64,000 nucleotides of DNA from Candidatus Poribacteria bacterium (GTDB taxonomy: Bacteria > Poribacteria > WGA-4E > WGA-3G). A model generated the notes under the pieces. The model worked only from the letters and a program-made list of their open reading frames with translations, did not search any database and was not told the DNA's origin. The DNA is taken from contig OZ251998.1 in the NCBI GenBank assembly GCA_965246985.1, positions 4,063,381-4,127,380 on the forward strand. Reading direction: 5' to 3'. The position numbers and the translations under genes are program-made. Shown in pieces: positions 37,201 to 47,037 of this stretch; position 1 is the first letter of the stretch, and the number at the start of each line of letters is the position of its first letter.

Positions 37201-37824
37201 TTATTTGTTTCCAGACTGCGGTTCCATCGCTGGGTAGATTTCTATACCAGAACGCGTGATGAGTACACCGGTGTAGAAAGTCAACCAATCCCCGCAGAGT
37301 TCAATAGACATAAACTCATCGTCATCGCTGGCGTATTCGTGGAGTTCTACATCGAATTTCTCTTCACCTTCGGCATCCGTAACAGTGAGGGTTGCGGTAA
37401 CAACATCCTGTCGGGCGTATTCAACAGCGATGTCCTCGTTTTCATTATCGGGATCTGGAAAATAGAGTGTCATGGCATCAGGCAGCGGATCACCGAGTTC
37501 ACATTCATCATCGACAAGCCATCGAGATATCTCGTATTCGTCCTTAGTCCCTGCAACATGATCAACACCGATCACAACCTCTTCATCCACGTCGCGAATG
37601 TGATACATATAGCGACGGAGGCTGCCGCCCTCATACTTTTTTCGTGTAACAAGTTTGAAAGCGTGTGAAGTATCTCCAGTCTCCTCATAAGTGACGATGT
37701 CGGAGAGTTCAATCATACTGTCAATCGGAATGTCAACCAACTCATGCCGTTCCGGCTTTTTGGGTGTAGCATCTTTTCGTCTGCCAAATAGGGACCGACT
37801 GTCTTTTTTGCCAAATAGTGCCAT
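37201..37824 (-). CDS. Hypothetical acidic protein (207 aa)
   Basis: Long ORF 9 nt downstream of 37833-38939 on the same strand. Confidence 0.5.
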   Translation of the reverse strand: MALFGKKDSRSLFGRRKDATPKKPERHELVDIPIDSMIELSDIVTYEETGDTSHAFKLVTRKKYEGGSLRRYMYHIRDVDEEVVIGVDHVAGTKDEYEISRWLVDDECELGDPLPDAMTLYFPDPDNENEDIAVEYARQDVVTATLTVTDAEGEEKFDVELHEYASDDDEFMSIELCGDWLTFYTGVLITRSGIEIYPAMEPQSGNK

Positions 37825-37832
37825 ACTACCAC

Positions 37833-38939
37833 CTAAAAATAGCCTTTATTATACATTACCATCATGATTACACCTACAACGAGAAGACTTCCGAAAATAA
37901 GGAGAAACCAAGTTGCCCCGGATGTTTTCTTCTCTACAACAACAGTCCGCGTGGCAGGTGGCGCACGCGTCGAGGTCGTCGTCGCAGTGGTAGCTGTCAC
38001 TGTCGGTGTCTCTTCAGCAGATGCAAGGAGTTCTTGCTTCAGTGCCTCTTCATCTGGCAGCTCCTCAATAGTGTAAACTTCTGCGCCATCCCCATAAAAT
38101 TTATCCGGATTCTCTTCAACATAGCTTGCCACATAGTTTTCATCGGGATTGGTCCCCGGATCCACGTAATTCGGGTTCTGTTCAATACCTTGGTTCTCGT
38201 AGTAATCCTTATAGAGCTCATACTCTGCCTGTTTTTTGGCATCCCAATGCGATCTGTCATAGTTGCGATGGTGATAGTGCCACATGTAACTATGGCGAAT
38301 CGAGTGGTTGTAATAGTCATGGAAATAGATGCCGAACATGATGTTGTTAAACGCCATGGATGCAGACATGCTGTACATTGAATAACCCATCATAGGGTAG
38401 TAGCCGCCATAGTTGTTGATATTAATAGTAGAACGCTGATTCCGGCGTGTTCGTGCGGTTTGACGATTCGCTGTCCGGACTTGGCGTTTCAAACTACGGT
38501 TTTGCGTTTTGAGTTGACGGACCTGCTTTCGGTTTTGCGCAGTTGTTGTCCGCTGTTGGCTGCGCGTGGCAGTCGTACTGCGGTTTGTTGCCGTTGTCGC
38601 TTTGCCGCGGCTCGTCGCGGTCTGCTTCTGACGTGCTGTGGTACTCGCACGTGTGCCGGTTGTTCTTGACGCGCTACTTTTGCTATAGGTGCTGCCTGTG
38701 CTGCGTGTCGTCCGTGTAGATGAACGGCTAGTGCTATTCCGGCTGCGTGTACTACTCGTGGATCGCTTTGGTGCACTGTAGCTTCGCCGACTTGAGCTGC
38801 GACTAAAACTCCGGCTCCGACCGAAACTCCGTCCACCGCCAAAACCGCCGCGACGGCTCTCTACAATATCCGGCGCGAAACTAAATAGAAAGACAACCAA
38901 AACTGCTAAAATTGAAAATTGTTTAAATTTGCGCTTCAC
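37833..38939 (-). CDS. Low-complexity Ser/Thr/Arg-rich secreted protein with a Tyr/His/Met-rich central block and a C-terminal TM anchor
   Basis: Signal peptide MKRKFKQFSILAVLVVFLFSFA; ~150 aa of S/T/R repeats; YGGYYPMMGYSMYSM...WHYHHRNYDRSHW block; C-terminal WFLLIFGSLLVVGVIMMVMY. Confidence 0.55.
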   Translation of the reverse strand: MKRKFKQFSILAVLVVFLFSFAPDIVESRRGGFGGGRSFGRSRSFSRSSSRRSYSAPKRSTSSTRSRNSTSRSSTRTTRSTGSTYSKSSASRTTGTRASTTARQKQTATSRGKATTATNRSTTATRSQQRTTTAQNRKQVRQLKTQNRSLKRQVRTANRQTARTRRNQRSTININNYGGYYPMMGYSMYSMSASMAFNNIMFGIYFHDYYNHSIRHSYMWHYHHRNYDRSHWDAKKQAEYELYKDYYENQGIEQNPNYVDPGTNPDENYVASYVEENPDKFYGDGAEVYTIEELPDEEALKQELLASAEETPTVTATTATTTSTRAPPATRTVVVEKKTSGATWFLLIFGSLLVVGVIMMVMYNKGYF

Positions 38940-39059
38940 CGTGCTACTCCTCCTTAGATTTTTTTGCTGAAAAACTTGACAAAAGATACTGAATTTGTTA
39001 AAATAGTTAAAGAAGTCTATAAACTTAGTACCGGTTTCGTTCTTGAAACCTCTATGTAT

Positions 39060-39133
<74 letters not shown>

Positions 39134-39430
39134 TTCTTTACTTAACGAATGGTGTGCAAGACACACAATCGCCACGTGAAACCCCATATCTACACTTTAA
39201 GAGTATGTTAACATTAAAAAGGATAGCTGTCAAGGTTTTTTAAGTTCCTGCAAACTATGCATCTTGACTTCATAGATAGCAAACTTAAACGCTTCTTTCA
39301 GGCGTGGCACCCAACAGAAAATGCTACACTTTCCAATTTTTGCCACGGAAAACGATAACCGAAAATCCTTTAGAAGCAAGATAGAGCATGGGTTCACAAA
39401 CGAAATACCCCGAACATTTGAAAGGAAAAT

Positions 39431-40315
39431 ATGGCACTTGACGTACGCGACGCACGACTATTGGATTTGGTTGGCCCAGAGGCAGACATTGAACAAATAG
39501 CAACTGGCTGCCAATTTACCGAGGGACCGCTCTGGCATGCTACAGGACAGTTCCTACTTTTCAGCGATATTCCTGCTAATAAGATGCGGAAATGGGATGC
39601 CGACTCCGGGATGACGATTTTCCGCGATCCCTCTGGAAAATCAAACGGATTGACCTACGATAAAGGTGGACATCTCATCGCCTGTGAACACGCAAACCGC
39701 CGAGTATCGTTCACAACCGCTGATGGAGAGGTGATCACAATTGCCTCACATTATCAGGGAAAACGCTTGAACAGTCCGAACGATATTGTTGTGAAATCCG
39801 ATGGAAGTATCTATTTCACAGACCCACCCTACGGGCTAAGCGCAGCGTACGGGGTTGAATCCGAAAAGGAACTCGATTTTCAAGGGGTCTACCGCTTGTC
39901 TGCCGACTACGAGACCCTGACACTCCTCGTTGACGACTTTGACAGACCTAACGGTATCTGCTTCTCACCAGACGAGTCCATTCTCTTTATAAACGACACC
40001 GAACGGATGCATGTGCGCGCATTTGATGTACAACCCGACGGCACAATCACGAATGATCGTGTGTTTGGTGAAGAAGAGGGCGACAACGGCAAACCGGACG
40101 GCATGAAAGTTGATGTCCAAGGAAATGTCTATCTAACCGGTCCCGATGGAATCTGGATCTTCGCGCCCGACGGAACACACCTCGGAATTATCCTTGTCCC
40201 TGAGCGTGCGGCGAACTTGGCATGGGGTGATGATGACTGGAAAACCCTATTTATCACAGCAAGTACCTCGGTCTATCGCATAGAATGCAAAGTGGCGGGA
40301 GTCGAAGTACCGTAA
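39431..40315 (+). CDS. SMP-30/gluconolactonase/LRE-family beta-propeller protein
   Basis: 294 aa with repeated ...DG.IYFTD... motifs characteristic of the family. Confidence 0.7.
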   Translation: MALDVRDARLLDLVGPEADIEQIATGCQFTEGPLWHATGQFLLFSDIPANKMRKWDADSGMTIFRDPSGKSNGLTYDKGGHLIACEHANRRVSFTTADGEVITIASHYQGKRLNSPNDIVVKSDGSIYFTDPPYGLSAAYGVESEKELDFQGVYRLSADYETLTLLVDDFDRPNGICFSPDESILFINDTERMHVRAFDVQPDGTITNDRVFGEEEGDNGKPDGMKVDVQGNVYLTGPDGIWIFAPDGTHLGIILVPERAANLAWGDDDWKTLFITASTSVYRIECKVAGVEVP

Positions 40316-40752
40316 TGCCTATGAAAATTAATATCAAACGCATAGATAAGACGCTCCCGTTGCCGAAATATGAAACATCAGGGTCTGTAGGCTTCGATTT
40401 TATCTGCCGAGAATCAGCAGAGATTGCCCCACAATCTATTGTCCTTATCGCCGCTAATGTTGTTGTCGAAACACCCCCCGGTTATATGCTAATGGTCTGT
40501 CTACGAAGCAGCACACCGCGTAAATTAGGGTTGCTGATGCCACAAGGTGTCGGCATCGTCGATAACGACTATTGTGGCGAAGAGGACGAACTGAAAATCC
40601 AAGTTTATAATTTCACGGACGAGGTCGTGAACGTCGAAAGAGGCAGTCGGATTGCGCAAGGGATTTTTGTCCGTGTGGATACAGCAGAATGGAACGAGGT
40701 TGAACAGATGTCCGCCGCTTCAAGAGGCGGGTTTGGCAGCACAGATCGGTAG
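40315..40752 (+). CDS. dut: dUTP diphosphatase
   Basis: ...GIVDNDYCGE... and ...RIAQ... dUTPase motifs; taATG overlap with the upstream gene. Confidence 0.8.
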   Translation: MPMKINIKRIDKTLPLPKYETSGSVGFDFICRESAEIAPQSIVLIAANVVVETPPGYMLMVCLRSSTPRKLGLLMPQGVGIVDNDYCGEEDELKIQVYNFTDEVVNVERGSRIAQGIFVRVDTAEWNEVEQMSAASRGGFGSTDR

Positions 40753-40816
40753 CCTTGTGCTTCCAGAGTGTGTTCATAGGAGGAATGCCAGTAACAAGTG
40801 CTGGTAATCAGTAGGC

Positions 40817-41614
40817 ATGAAACAATACCTTGAAGGACTGCAACAAATATTAGACACTGGCGTTGATCGAGAGGGCAGAAATGGGAAGACTCGCGCAATC
40901 TTCGGCATGCAAATGCGATATAATCTGGAAGAAGGATTTCCTGCCGTAACCACCAAGAAACTCGCATTCCGTTCCGTGAAAGCAGAACTCTTAGGTTTCT
41001 TGCGCGGCTATGATCACGTTGAGCAGTTTGAGAAACTCGGGACACAGATATGGAACGCAAACGCCGATGCTTGGGGTCGTGATGGGTACCTTGGACGGAT
41101 ATACGGTGTTCAGTGGCGAAAATGGCAAACGGAAGAGGGGACAATTGATCAGTTAGGCAAAGTTATTGAACAACTCCAGATCAACCCGCATAGTCGTAAA
41201 CATATTGTTACGGCGTGGAATCCGGCGGACTTAGATGAGATGGCATTGACACCATGCCACATGTGCTTTCAATTCTTTATAGCAGACGGCAAGTTGTCGC
41301 TGCAGATGTATCAGCCGAGTTGTGATATGTTTTTAGGTGTTCCCTTTAATATCGCCTCGTATGCGCTTCTTCTGCACATGGTAGCTCAGGTAACAGATTT
41401 AACACCTTATGAATTCATTCATACTTTAGGTGATGCCCACATCTACCACGCACACTTTGAAGCTGTCGAAATGCAATTGAAACGGGAACCTTACCCGCTC
41501 CCACAACTTATTTTGAATACGGAAATTAAATCCATTGATGCTTTCAAGATGCAACACATGCAGTTAGAGGATTATCAACATCACGACGCAATTCGCGCAC
41601 CTATGATTGTCTAA
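40817..41614 (+). CDS. thyA: Thymidylate synthase (ThyA)
   Basis: Active-site region ...ALTPCHMCFQFFIADGKLSLQMYQPSCDMFLGVPFNIASYALL... Confidence 0.9.
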   Translation: MKQYLEGLQQILDTGVDREGRNGKTRAIFGMQMRYNLEEGFPAVTTKKLAFRSVKAELLGFLRGYDHVEQFEKLGTQIWNANADAWGRDGYLGRIYGVQWRKWQTEEGTIDQLGKVIEQLQINPHSRKHIVTAWNPADLDEMALTPCHMCFQFFIADGKLSLQMYQPSCDMFLGVPFNIASYALLLHMVAQVTDLTPYEFIHTLGDAHIYHAHFEAVEMQLKREPYPLPQLILNTEIKSIDAFKMQHMQLEDYQHHDAIRAPMIV

Positions 41615-42431
41615 TAGGAAAATCAAGATGATGATAAAAATAAAAGGACTGATACTTCTCACTATAAGCCTCGCAGTAATGCTCACAGGTTGTGGAGATT
41701 CCAACGGTGGATACGGCATTTTTAGAAGTCGTGACCTCATTACTGTGTTTGTTCCTTTACCAGATACATCTGAAATTGCTGAAGTTAAAGTCGATAATAA
41801 GGTACTGCATATAGACATTGACACAGGTGAAAAGATTGTGCCACGCGTAATCCAACTTCAACGCCGACTATTCCAAGTCGTCGAACCTGACGAAACTCTT
41901 GAAATCCACGGGAAAAATAGAATCAACGACTACGCTGTCATCCATTTAAGAGCATTTGACACAAAATATAAAGTGTCAAAATTCATAAAACTTTCCTCCC
42001 ACAGGTTCTACGACGGTTTCAAAATAACTAACTCCCGTAAGAAACCCGAACCTTTTGAAAATTCAGGGGCATTCAGATTCGGGGACAAAATCATGGCTTA
42101 CTACCGACTCCAAGGTAACACAGATTCATCATCAATGGGGTTTAAAATCAATATCGGCAGTGTTAAGATTACGCGCACGAACACCATTGAATACGAGGAA
42201 ATAATCACTGACGAAAAAAGCGGACATCCCATCTTGATTCTGGAAAAGTATGAGACAAATTCGAATACAATGCTGCGGAACCTCCGTTTTCTGCTCAAAG
42301 ACCTTGCCCCCGATGAAACAGTCAAAATTGAGGAAGTAAAGAACCTTGGCAATAGAATTGCTATCGCCGAATTGACAATTGAACCTCGGGTGGAACAACC
42401 GTCTAACGATGGGATTATCACAGACCGTTGA
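41607..42431 (+). CDS. Hypothetical lipoprotein, paralog 1 (internal FRS-D-IT-Y repeat)
   Basis: Lipobox LTGCGDS after a signal peptide; repeated ~FRSRDLITVF / FRFGDKIMAYY motif. Confidence 0.6.
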   Translation: MSNRKIKMMIKIKGLILLTISLAVMLTGCGDSNGGYGIFRSRDLITVFVPLPDTSEIAEVKVDNKVLHIDIDTGEKIVPRVIQLQRRLFQVVEPDETLEIHGKNRINDYAVIHLRAFDTKYKVSKFIKLSSHRFYDGFKITNSRKKPEPFENSGAFRFGDKIMAYYRLQGNTDSSSMGFKINIGSVKITRTNTIEYEEIITDEKSGHPILILEKYETNSNTMLRNLRFLLKDLAPDETVKIEEVKNLGNRIAIAELTIEPRVEQPSNDGIITDR

Positions 42432-42589
42432 AATTTCGATTGTTAGAACAACTTCTTAGAGAATATATTCTTAAACTTAAACACGAGGATCCAAATTTGA
42501 TGATTACCTAAAATCTGCAAGTGTCCCGAATCCAAGCAATAGAACGCTGAGATTCTACGGTGAAACACAATGTTGGATAGGAGGCAAAC

Positions 42590-43261
42590 ATGAAAATACA
42601 GATAATTCTGATCGTCTGCCTTGCCCTGATACTTGTAGGTTGTGGACAATCCAATGAGCATGCTATTTTCCGATCTGGGGACATGATTACAATTTATTGG
42701 GTTTTGGAAGAGAACGCAGAAATCACCAACTTTGAACTCAAGGACAACATCTTGGAATTCGACATTGATGACGAAGAGTTGCACGAGAAACAGATGCTCC
42801 CTATCAATTTTGCCAAAAATCATGAAACGCTTGAAATCAAGGGAATGACCAGACTTGATGATTTGGCAATTTTTCATATTTGGGTTAACCCTATGAGGCA
42901 ATCACACAAGGAACTTCCGAAAACGCAATCTACGTATATGACATACCTTGGACGTAAAGAGCATATCAATATTGACAAAAAACCCGGTGATTTCACTAAC
43001 GCGAAAGCTTTCCGATCCGGTGACAGGATTACTGTGTATTGGCATAGACCTGAAAAATCTGAAAAAACATGGTTCAAATGGACGCGTGGACATAGTCGTA
43101 GTGATATGTGGATGGAAGGTCGTGGACTTCCAGATAATTGGACGGAGAGGCTTTCAATCAAAGAAGTGAAACCGAATGAAAAAATTGTTTGCATAGGTCT
43201 CGGAAGTACCCCTGAGATTTTCATCGCATATTTCCGTGTTTATTCTAATTTTTCCGACTAA
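42590..43261 (+). CDS. Hypothetical lipoprotein, paralog 2
   Basis: Lipobox LVGCGQS; motifs AIFRSGDMITIYW and AFRSGDRITVYW; same architecture as 41607-42431. Confidence 0.6.
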   Translation: MKIQIILIVCLALILVGCGQSNEHAIFRSGDMITIYWVLEENAEITNFELKDNILEFDIDDEELHEKQMLPINFAKNHETLEIKGMTRLDDLAIFHIWVNPMRQSHKELPKTQSTYMTYLGRKEHINIDKKPGDFTNAKAFRSGDRITVYWHRPEKSEKTWFKWTRGHSRSDMWMEGRGLPDNWTERLSIKEVKPNEKIVCIGLGSTPEIFIAYFRVYSNFSD

Positions 43262-43424
43262 TATCGAAATTGCTTTGTTCATAGGACTTACGCAAACGTG
43301 AGAAGAATCGCGAGCAAAGCTCGCTCCTACAGAAGATCTAAAAGAACGGACGCAGATTGCGGATGTCCTTTTCGAGACTGTGATTTATATTTTCTACTTT
43401 ACATTTGAATAAAACCAAGAACCC

Positions 43425-43976
43425 GTGCACACTGCCACAACCGGATCTACAATACAGTATTCAAAGGAGACCATGAAACAGGAGAAGCAAAACCAATATA
43501 ATTTCGGTGACCCAGAACAAAACGGTAACCACTTGGACATCGAAGAATTGACACTATCAGAGGAAGCGGCGTTCCTTATTCGGCTTGTTTTTGAGGAATT
43601 TGAAGAACTGCTAAGCGATTACCCACACCACGCTGCTTACTGTTTCGCATCAATCACCCATCTGTCGGATACAGCCGAGGATCTCTCACACTTCGCACGG
43701 CGGCTCGGGATGTGGCTCTGGATTGAAGTACTCTCCTTTCAAACTGAGGAACCTTTAAGCCTTCATGAACTCGCTGAACACTTTGAAACCGATGAGAAAA
43801 CTGTTCAAGCAGGAATTGATGAACTCGTGAAGGCAGGGCAATTTAAGATGGAGTGGAAACAGGAAAATAAAATCAAGATGGCACCACGTATGTTAAAAGA
43901 GACAGTCATCCATTTTGCTGAACAAGTCTTGAACGGGATAAAAATCGGAGAACAAGAAGAGGGAACAGCACCCTAA
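43425..43976 (+). CDS. Hypothetical acidic protein (possible start 43473); its stop overlaps the folA start region
   Basis: ORF ends 1 nt before the folA ATG. Confidence 0.45.
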   Translation: MHTATTGSTIQYSKETMKQEKQNQYNFGDPEQNGNHLDIEELTLSEEAAFLIRLVFEEFEELLSDYPHHAAYCFASITHLSDTAEDLSHFARRLGMWLWIEVLSFQTEEPLSLHELAEHFETDEKTVQAGIDELVKAGQFKMEWKQENKIKMAPRMLKETVIHFAEQVLNGIKIGEQEEGTAP

Positions 43977-43977
43977 A

Positions 43978-44466
43978 ATGTTAATTTCCATGATCGCCGC
44001 GATGGACAAAAACCGGCTTATTGGCAATGGACCAGACATCCCATGGCAGATGCCTGCAGACCGACGACATTTCCGCGATATGACCATGGGTAAGCCCGTC
44101 GTTATGGGACGCAAGACTTTTGAAACCCTCAAACGTCCTTTGGGCAAGCGGCGCAACATCATTCTCACGCGAAACACGGCTTACAAGGCACCGAAAGGCT
44201 GTATCGTTGCCCACTCCGTAGAAGAAGTTATTAAACGCTCTCAGGAAGCAGAAGAACTCATGATATGCGGTGGTGCGCCTATCTACCAAGCCTTTTTACC
44301 GCACGCGGACAGGCTCTATATCACGCAGATTCATGCTACGTTTGAAGGCGATGTCTATTTTCCCGAATTTGACATAGCAGCGTGGAAAGAAGTCAAACGT
44401 ATTGACGGTGAACCTGACGAGAAAAATCCTTACCCTTACAATTTTCTGTTTTTAGAAAGAAGATAG
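43978..44466 (+). CDS. folA: Dihydrofolate reductase
   Basis: MISMIAAMDKNRLIGNGPDIPW... canonical DHFR N-terminus; 162 aa. Confidence 0.9.
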   Translation: MLISMIAAMDKNRLIGNGPDIPWQMPADRRHFRDMTMGKPVVMGRKTFETLKRPLGKRRNIILTRNTAYKAPKGCIVAHSVEEVIKRSQEAEELMICGGAPIYQAFLPHADRLYITQIHATFEGDVYFPEFDIAAWKEVKRIDGEPDEKNPYPYNFLFLERR

Positions 44467-44480
44467 AAAGGAATGAATCA

Positions 44481-45113
44481 GTGCTTAACCTTTGTATGCT
44501 CTCAGGTTCTTTTGAATACGACTCGGAAGCATCTTTGATCATTTTCAAGCAGTTTGTTGAAAAACACTACCCGATCAAAACAAATCTAATCGTCTATAGC
44601 TCAGAAGATGATGATCCATCTTTGGCGGCGTTGGATGACGCAGATGCTCTGTTAGTTTTCACGCGTCGTCTCAATACAGAGGGCGCGTCCCTCAGGCGAT
44701 TTCAAGCCTACTGTGAACAAGGCAGACCGGTCATCGGAGTCAGGACTACCAGTCACGCTTACCAAAACTGGCTTGCGTTTGACAAAGATGTTCTCGGTGG
44801 AGATTATCAAGGACATTACGGTCATGGACCGATTACGCGTGTAGAGATCGTCGAGGCAGAACATCCAATTCTGAAGGATATACCGGCATTCGATAGTTAT
44901 GGGAGTCTTTACAAAAATCCATCAATTCGCGATGATACATCTTTACTTCTGATGGGACATACCGATGAACATTCAGAACCCGTAGCATGGACACGCTTAC
45001 ATAATGGCGGTCGCGTCTGCTATACTTCATTGGGGCATCAGCAGGATTTTGAGGTAGAACCCTTCCTACGATTTCTCGCGCAAAGTATTTTGTGGGTATC
45101 GGAACAGATTTAA
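44481..45113 (+). CDS. ThuA-like (class I glutamine-amidotransferase-like fold) protein
   Basis: 210 aa with ThuA-type motifs. Confidence 0.55.
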   Translation: MLNLCMLSGSFEYDSEASLIIFKQFVEKHYPIKTNLIVYSSEDDDPSLAALDDADALLVFTRRLNTEGASLRRFQAYCEQGRPVIGVRTTSHAYQNWLAFDKDVLGGDYQGHYGHGPITRVEIVEAEHPILKDIPAFDSYGSLYKNPSIRDDTSLLLMGHTDEHSEPVAWTRLHNGGRVCYTSLGHQQDFEVEPFLRFLAQSILWVSEQI

Positions 45114-45138
45114 CGAAATTTAAGGCACTCTCGGAGAT

Positions 45139-46410
45139 ATGGAAACACTGACAATTACGAATGGCGATATCTATACCCCAACACATTACGGACAGGGGAA
45201 CATCGTCATTCAAGACGACACAATTTCAGAGATAACGACAGGGACGCTTCAACCGTCGGGAAAGGTCATCGACGCATCAGGATGTCTTGTTATTCCAGGG
45301 TTGATCGATGGATTAGTGCATGGTGGTGGCGGTTATGATACAATGACAGGCGAGGTCGAAGACATAGCCGCAATCGCACGCGCACATGCACGCAGTGGTG
45401 TCACCTCGTTGGTGTTAGGCATCTCATCCGGCAGCATGGAACAAATCAACAGTGCCTTAACTGCTATTGCCCACGTCGTTGACGAGCCAGTAGCGGACGG
45501 TTCACAGATTATCGGTTCGTATGTTGAAGGGAAATTCGGGAGTCTCGCCAAAAACGGTGCACAGAACGCGAAGTATATTACACCGCCAAACTTTGAAGAA
45601 TTTCATGCAATGTGGGCAGCCTCCGACGGCACATTGAAAGTAATTTCTGTCGCACCCGAAAACGATGAAAATTTCCAATTTATCAAACACCTCGCAGCCT
45701 ATAAGACAGACGCATACAACGACATCGTCATCGCAATGGGACACACAAATGCTACATATCAACAAGCGATGGCAGCAATCGACGCTGGTGTAACACGTGC
45801 CACACATACCTACAACGGTATGAGCGGGATGCATCATCGAACACTCGGTGCCATTGAAGCGGTACTCTCCCACCCAAATATCCACGCAGAACTCATCATT
45901 GACGAACACCATGTCCACCCTTTTTGGGGAAATAACCTGATTCAGCAGAAAGGACTTCACGCAGTCGGGTTGATTACGGACTGCACAGAACTTGCGGGTG
46001 TTCCTGCCGAAGACTGGCAAGAATCGGCAACATACATTCCACAGCTTGATGCATATCGCCTCAACGAAGGTGCAATTTCTGAAAATGATACCGCTTTTGA
46101 AGCTGGAAGCACCGAGAAGTATGTCCGTAATGGCGCGATGTGGCTTGATGTCGGCAAACCGACCGAACGCCTTGCGGGTGCGACAATCACCCTCATGGAT
46201 GGTATCCGCAATGTCATCAATTGGGGAAATTCTCTCGAAGATGCATTAACAATGGCAACATCAACACCGGCGCAAAATTTAGGCATAGCGGAGTCCGTGG
46301 GTTCAATTGCAGCCGGCAAACAAGCAGATATCGTTATTGTCGCTGAAAATTTAAGCGTTCAGACAGTTTTTTTACGGGGAAAAATTGCTAAAAAACTAAG
46401 AAATTCGTAG
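45139..46410 (+). CDS. Amidohydrolase-family protein, N-acetylglucosamine-6-phosphate deacetylase (NagA)-like
   Basis: HGGGG metal-binding region; ...THTYNGMSGMHHR... resembles the NagA motif; 423 aa. Confidence 0.6.
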   Translation: METLTITNGDIYTPTHYGQGNIVIQDDTISEITTGTLQPSGKVIDASGCLVIPGLIDGLVHGGGGYDTMTGEVEDIAAIARAHARSGVTSLVLGISSGSMEQINSALTAIAHVVDEPVADGSQIIGSYVEGKFGSLAKNGAQNAKYITPPNFEEFHAMWAASDGTLKVISVAPENDENFQFIKHLAAYKTDAYNDIVIAMGHTNATYQQAMAAIDAGVTRATHTYNGMSGMHHRTLGAIEAVLSHPNIHAELIIDEHHVHPFWGNNLIQQKGLHAVGLITDCTELAGVPAEDWQESATYIPQLDAYRLNEGAISENDTAFEAGSTEKYVRNGAMWLDVGKPTERLAGATITLMDGIRNVINWGNSLEDALTMATSTPAQNLGIAESVGSIAAGKQADIVIVAENLSVQTVFLRGKIAKKLRNS

Positions 46411-46445
46411 AATTCCAGCCTTTTTTACTTTTTTTCCAAAAAAAT

Positions 46446-46480
46446 TTGACAAACGATTTTTTACAGTGTATAATATTTAC
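46446..46480 (+). promoter_or_regulatory. Strong sigma-70-type promoter of the str operon (TTGACA-N17-TATAAT)
   Basis: tttgacaaacgattttttacagtgtataat read directly. Confidence 0.55.
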
Positions 46481-46587
46481 TTTGGAAACCCTAATAAATC
46501 TTTTTTTGGGAGGAAGGGGCAATTATCCGGAAACATTCTAACGTCGTACCCAAATTCCACGTTAATTTGTTTTGCTGAAGTTGTGAT

Positions 46588-46610
46588 GCCCCGCGCGGGC
46601 TTTTTTTAAT
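46588..46610 (+). terminator. Short GC hairpin followed by a T7 run in the rpsL 5' leader (candidate attenuator)
   Basis: gccccgcgcgggcttttttt lies 38 nt upstream of the rpsL ATG. Confidence 0.35.
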
Positions 46611-46647
46611 GCCAAAAGCCCTCATAGATTTTATTCCGGAGGATGAA

Positions 46648-47019
46648 ATGCCAACAATTAATCAGTTAATTAAAAAACCGCGCAAGAGGTTCCGGAAGAA
46701 GACAAAATCGCCGGTGCTTGAGCAATGTCCCCAACGGCGCGGTATCTGTCTACAGGTGAAAACGATAACGCCGAGAAAACCGAACTCGGCACTGCGCAAA
46801 GTCGCTCGAGTCCGTTTCACGAGTGGCTATGAAGCCACCTGTTACATTCCGGGGATTGATCACAATTTGCAAGAACACTCAGTCGTTTTGGTTCGGGGTG
46901 GGAAAGTGAGAGATCTCGCTAACGTGCGTTATCACATCGTTCGTGGGCAGTTGGATACAGCTGGTGTTGACAACCGCCGCCAAGGTCGTTCAAAATACGG
47001 CGCACGGAAACCCGACTAA
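46648..47019 (+). CDS. rpsL: 30S ribosomal protein S12
   Basis: [13 protein letters not shown]...; GGAGG Shine-Dalgarno upstream. Confidence 0.95.
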   Translation: MPTINQLIKKPRKRFRKKTKSPVLEQCPQRRGICLQVKTITPRKPNSALRKVARVRFTSGYEATCYIPGIDHNLQEHSVVLVRGGKVRDLANVRYHIVRGQLDTAGVDNRRQGRSKYGARKPD

Positions 47020-47037
47020 ACTACGGAGGAATATCAG

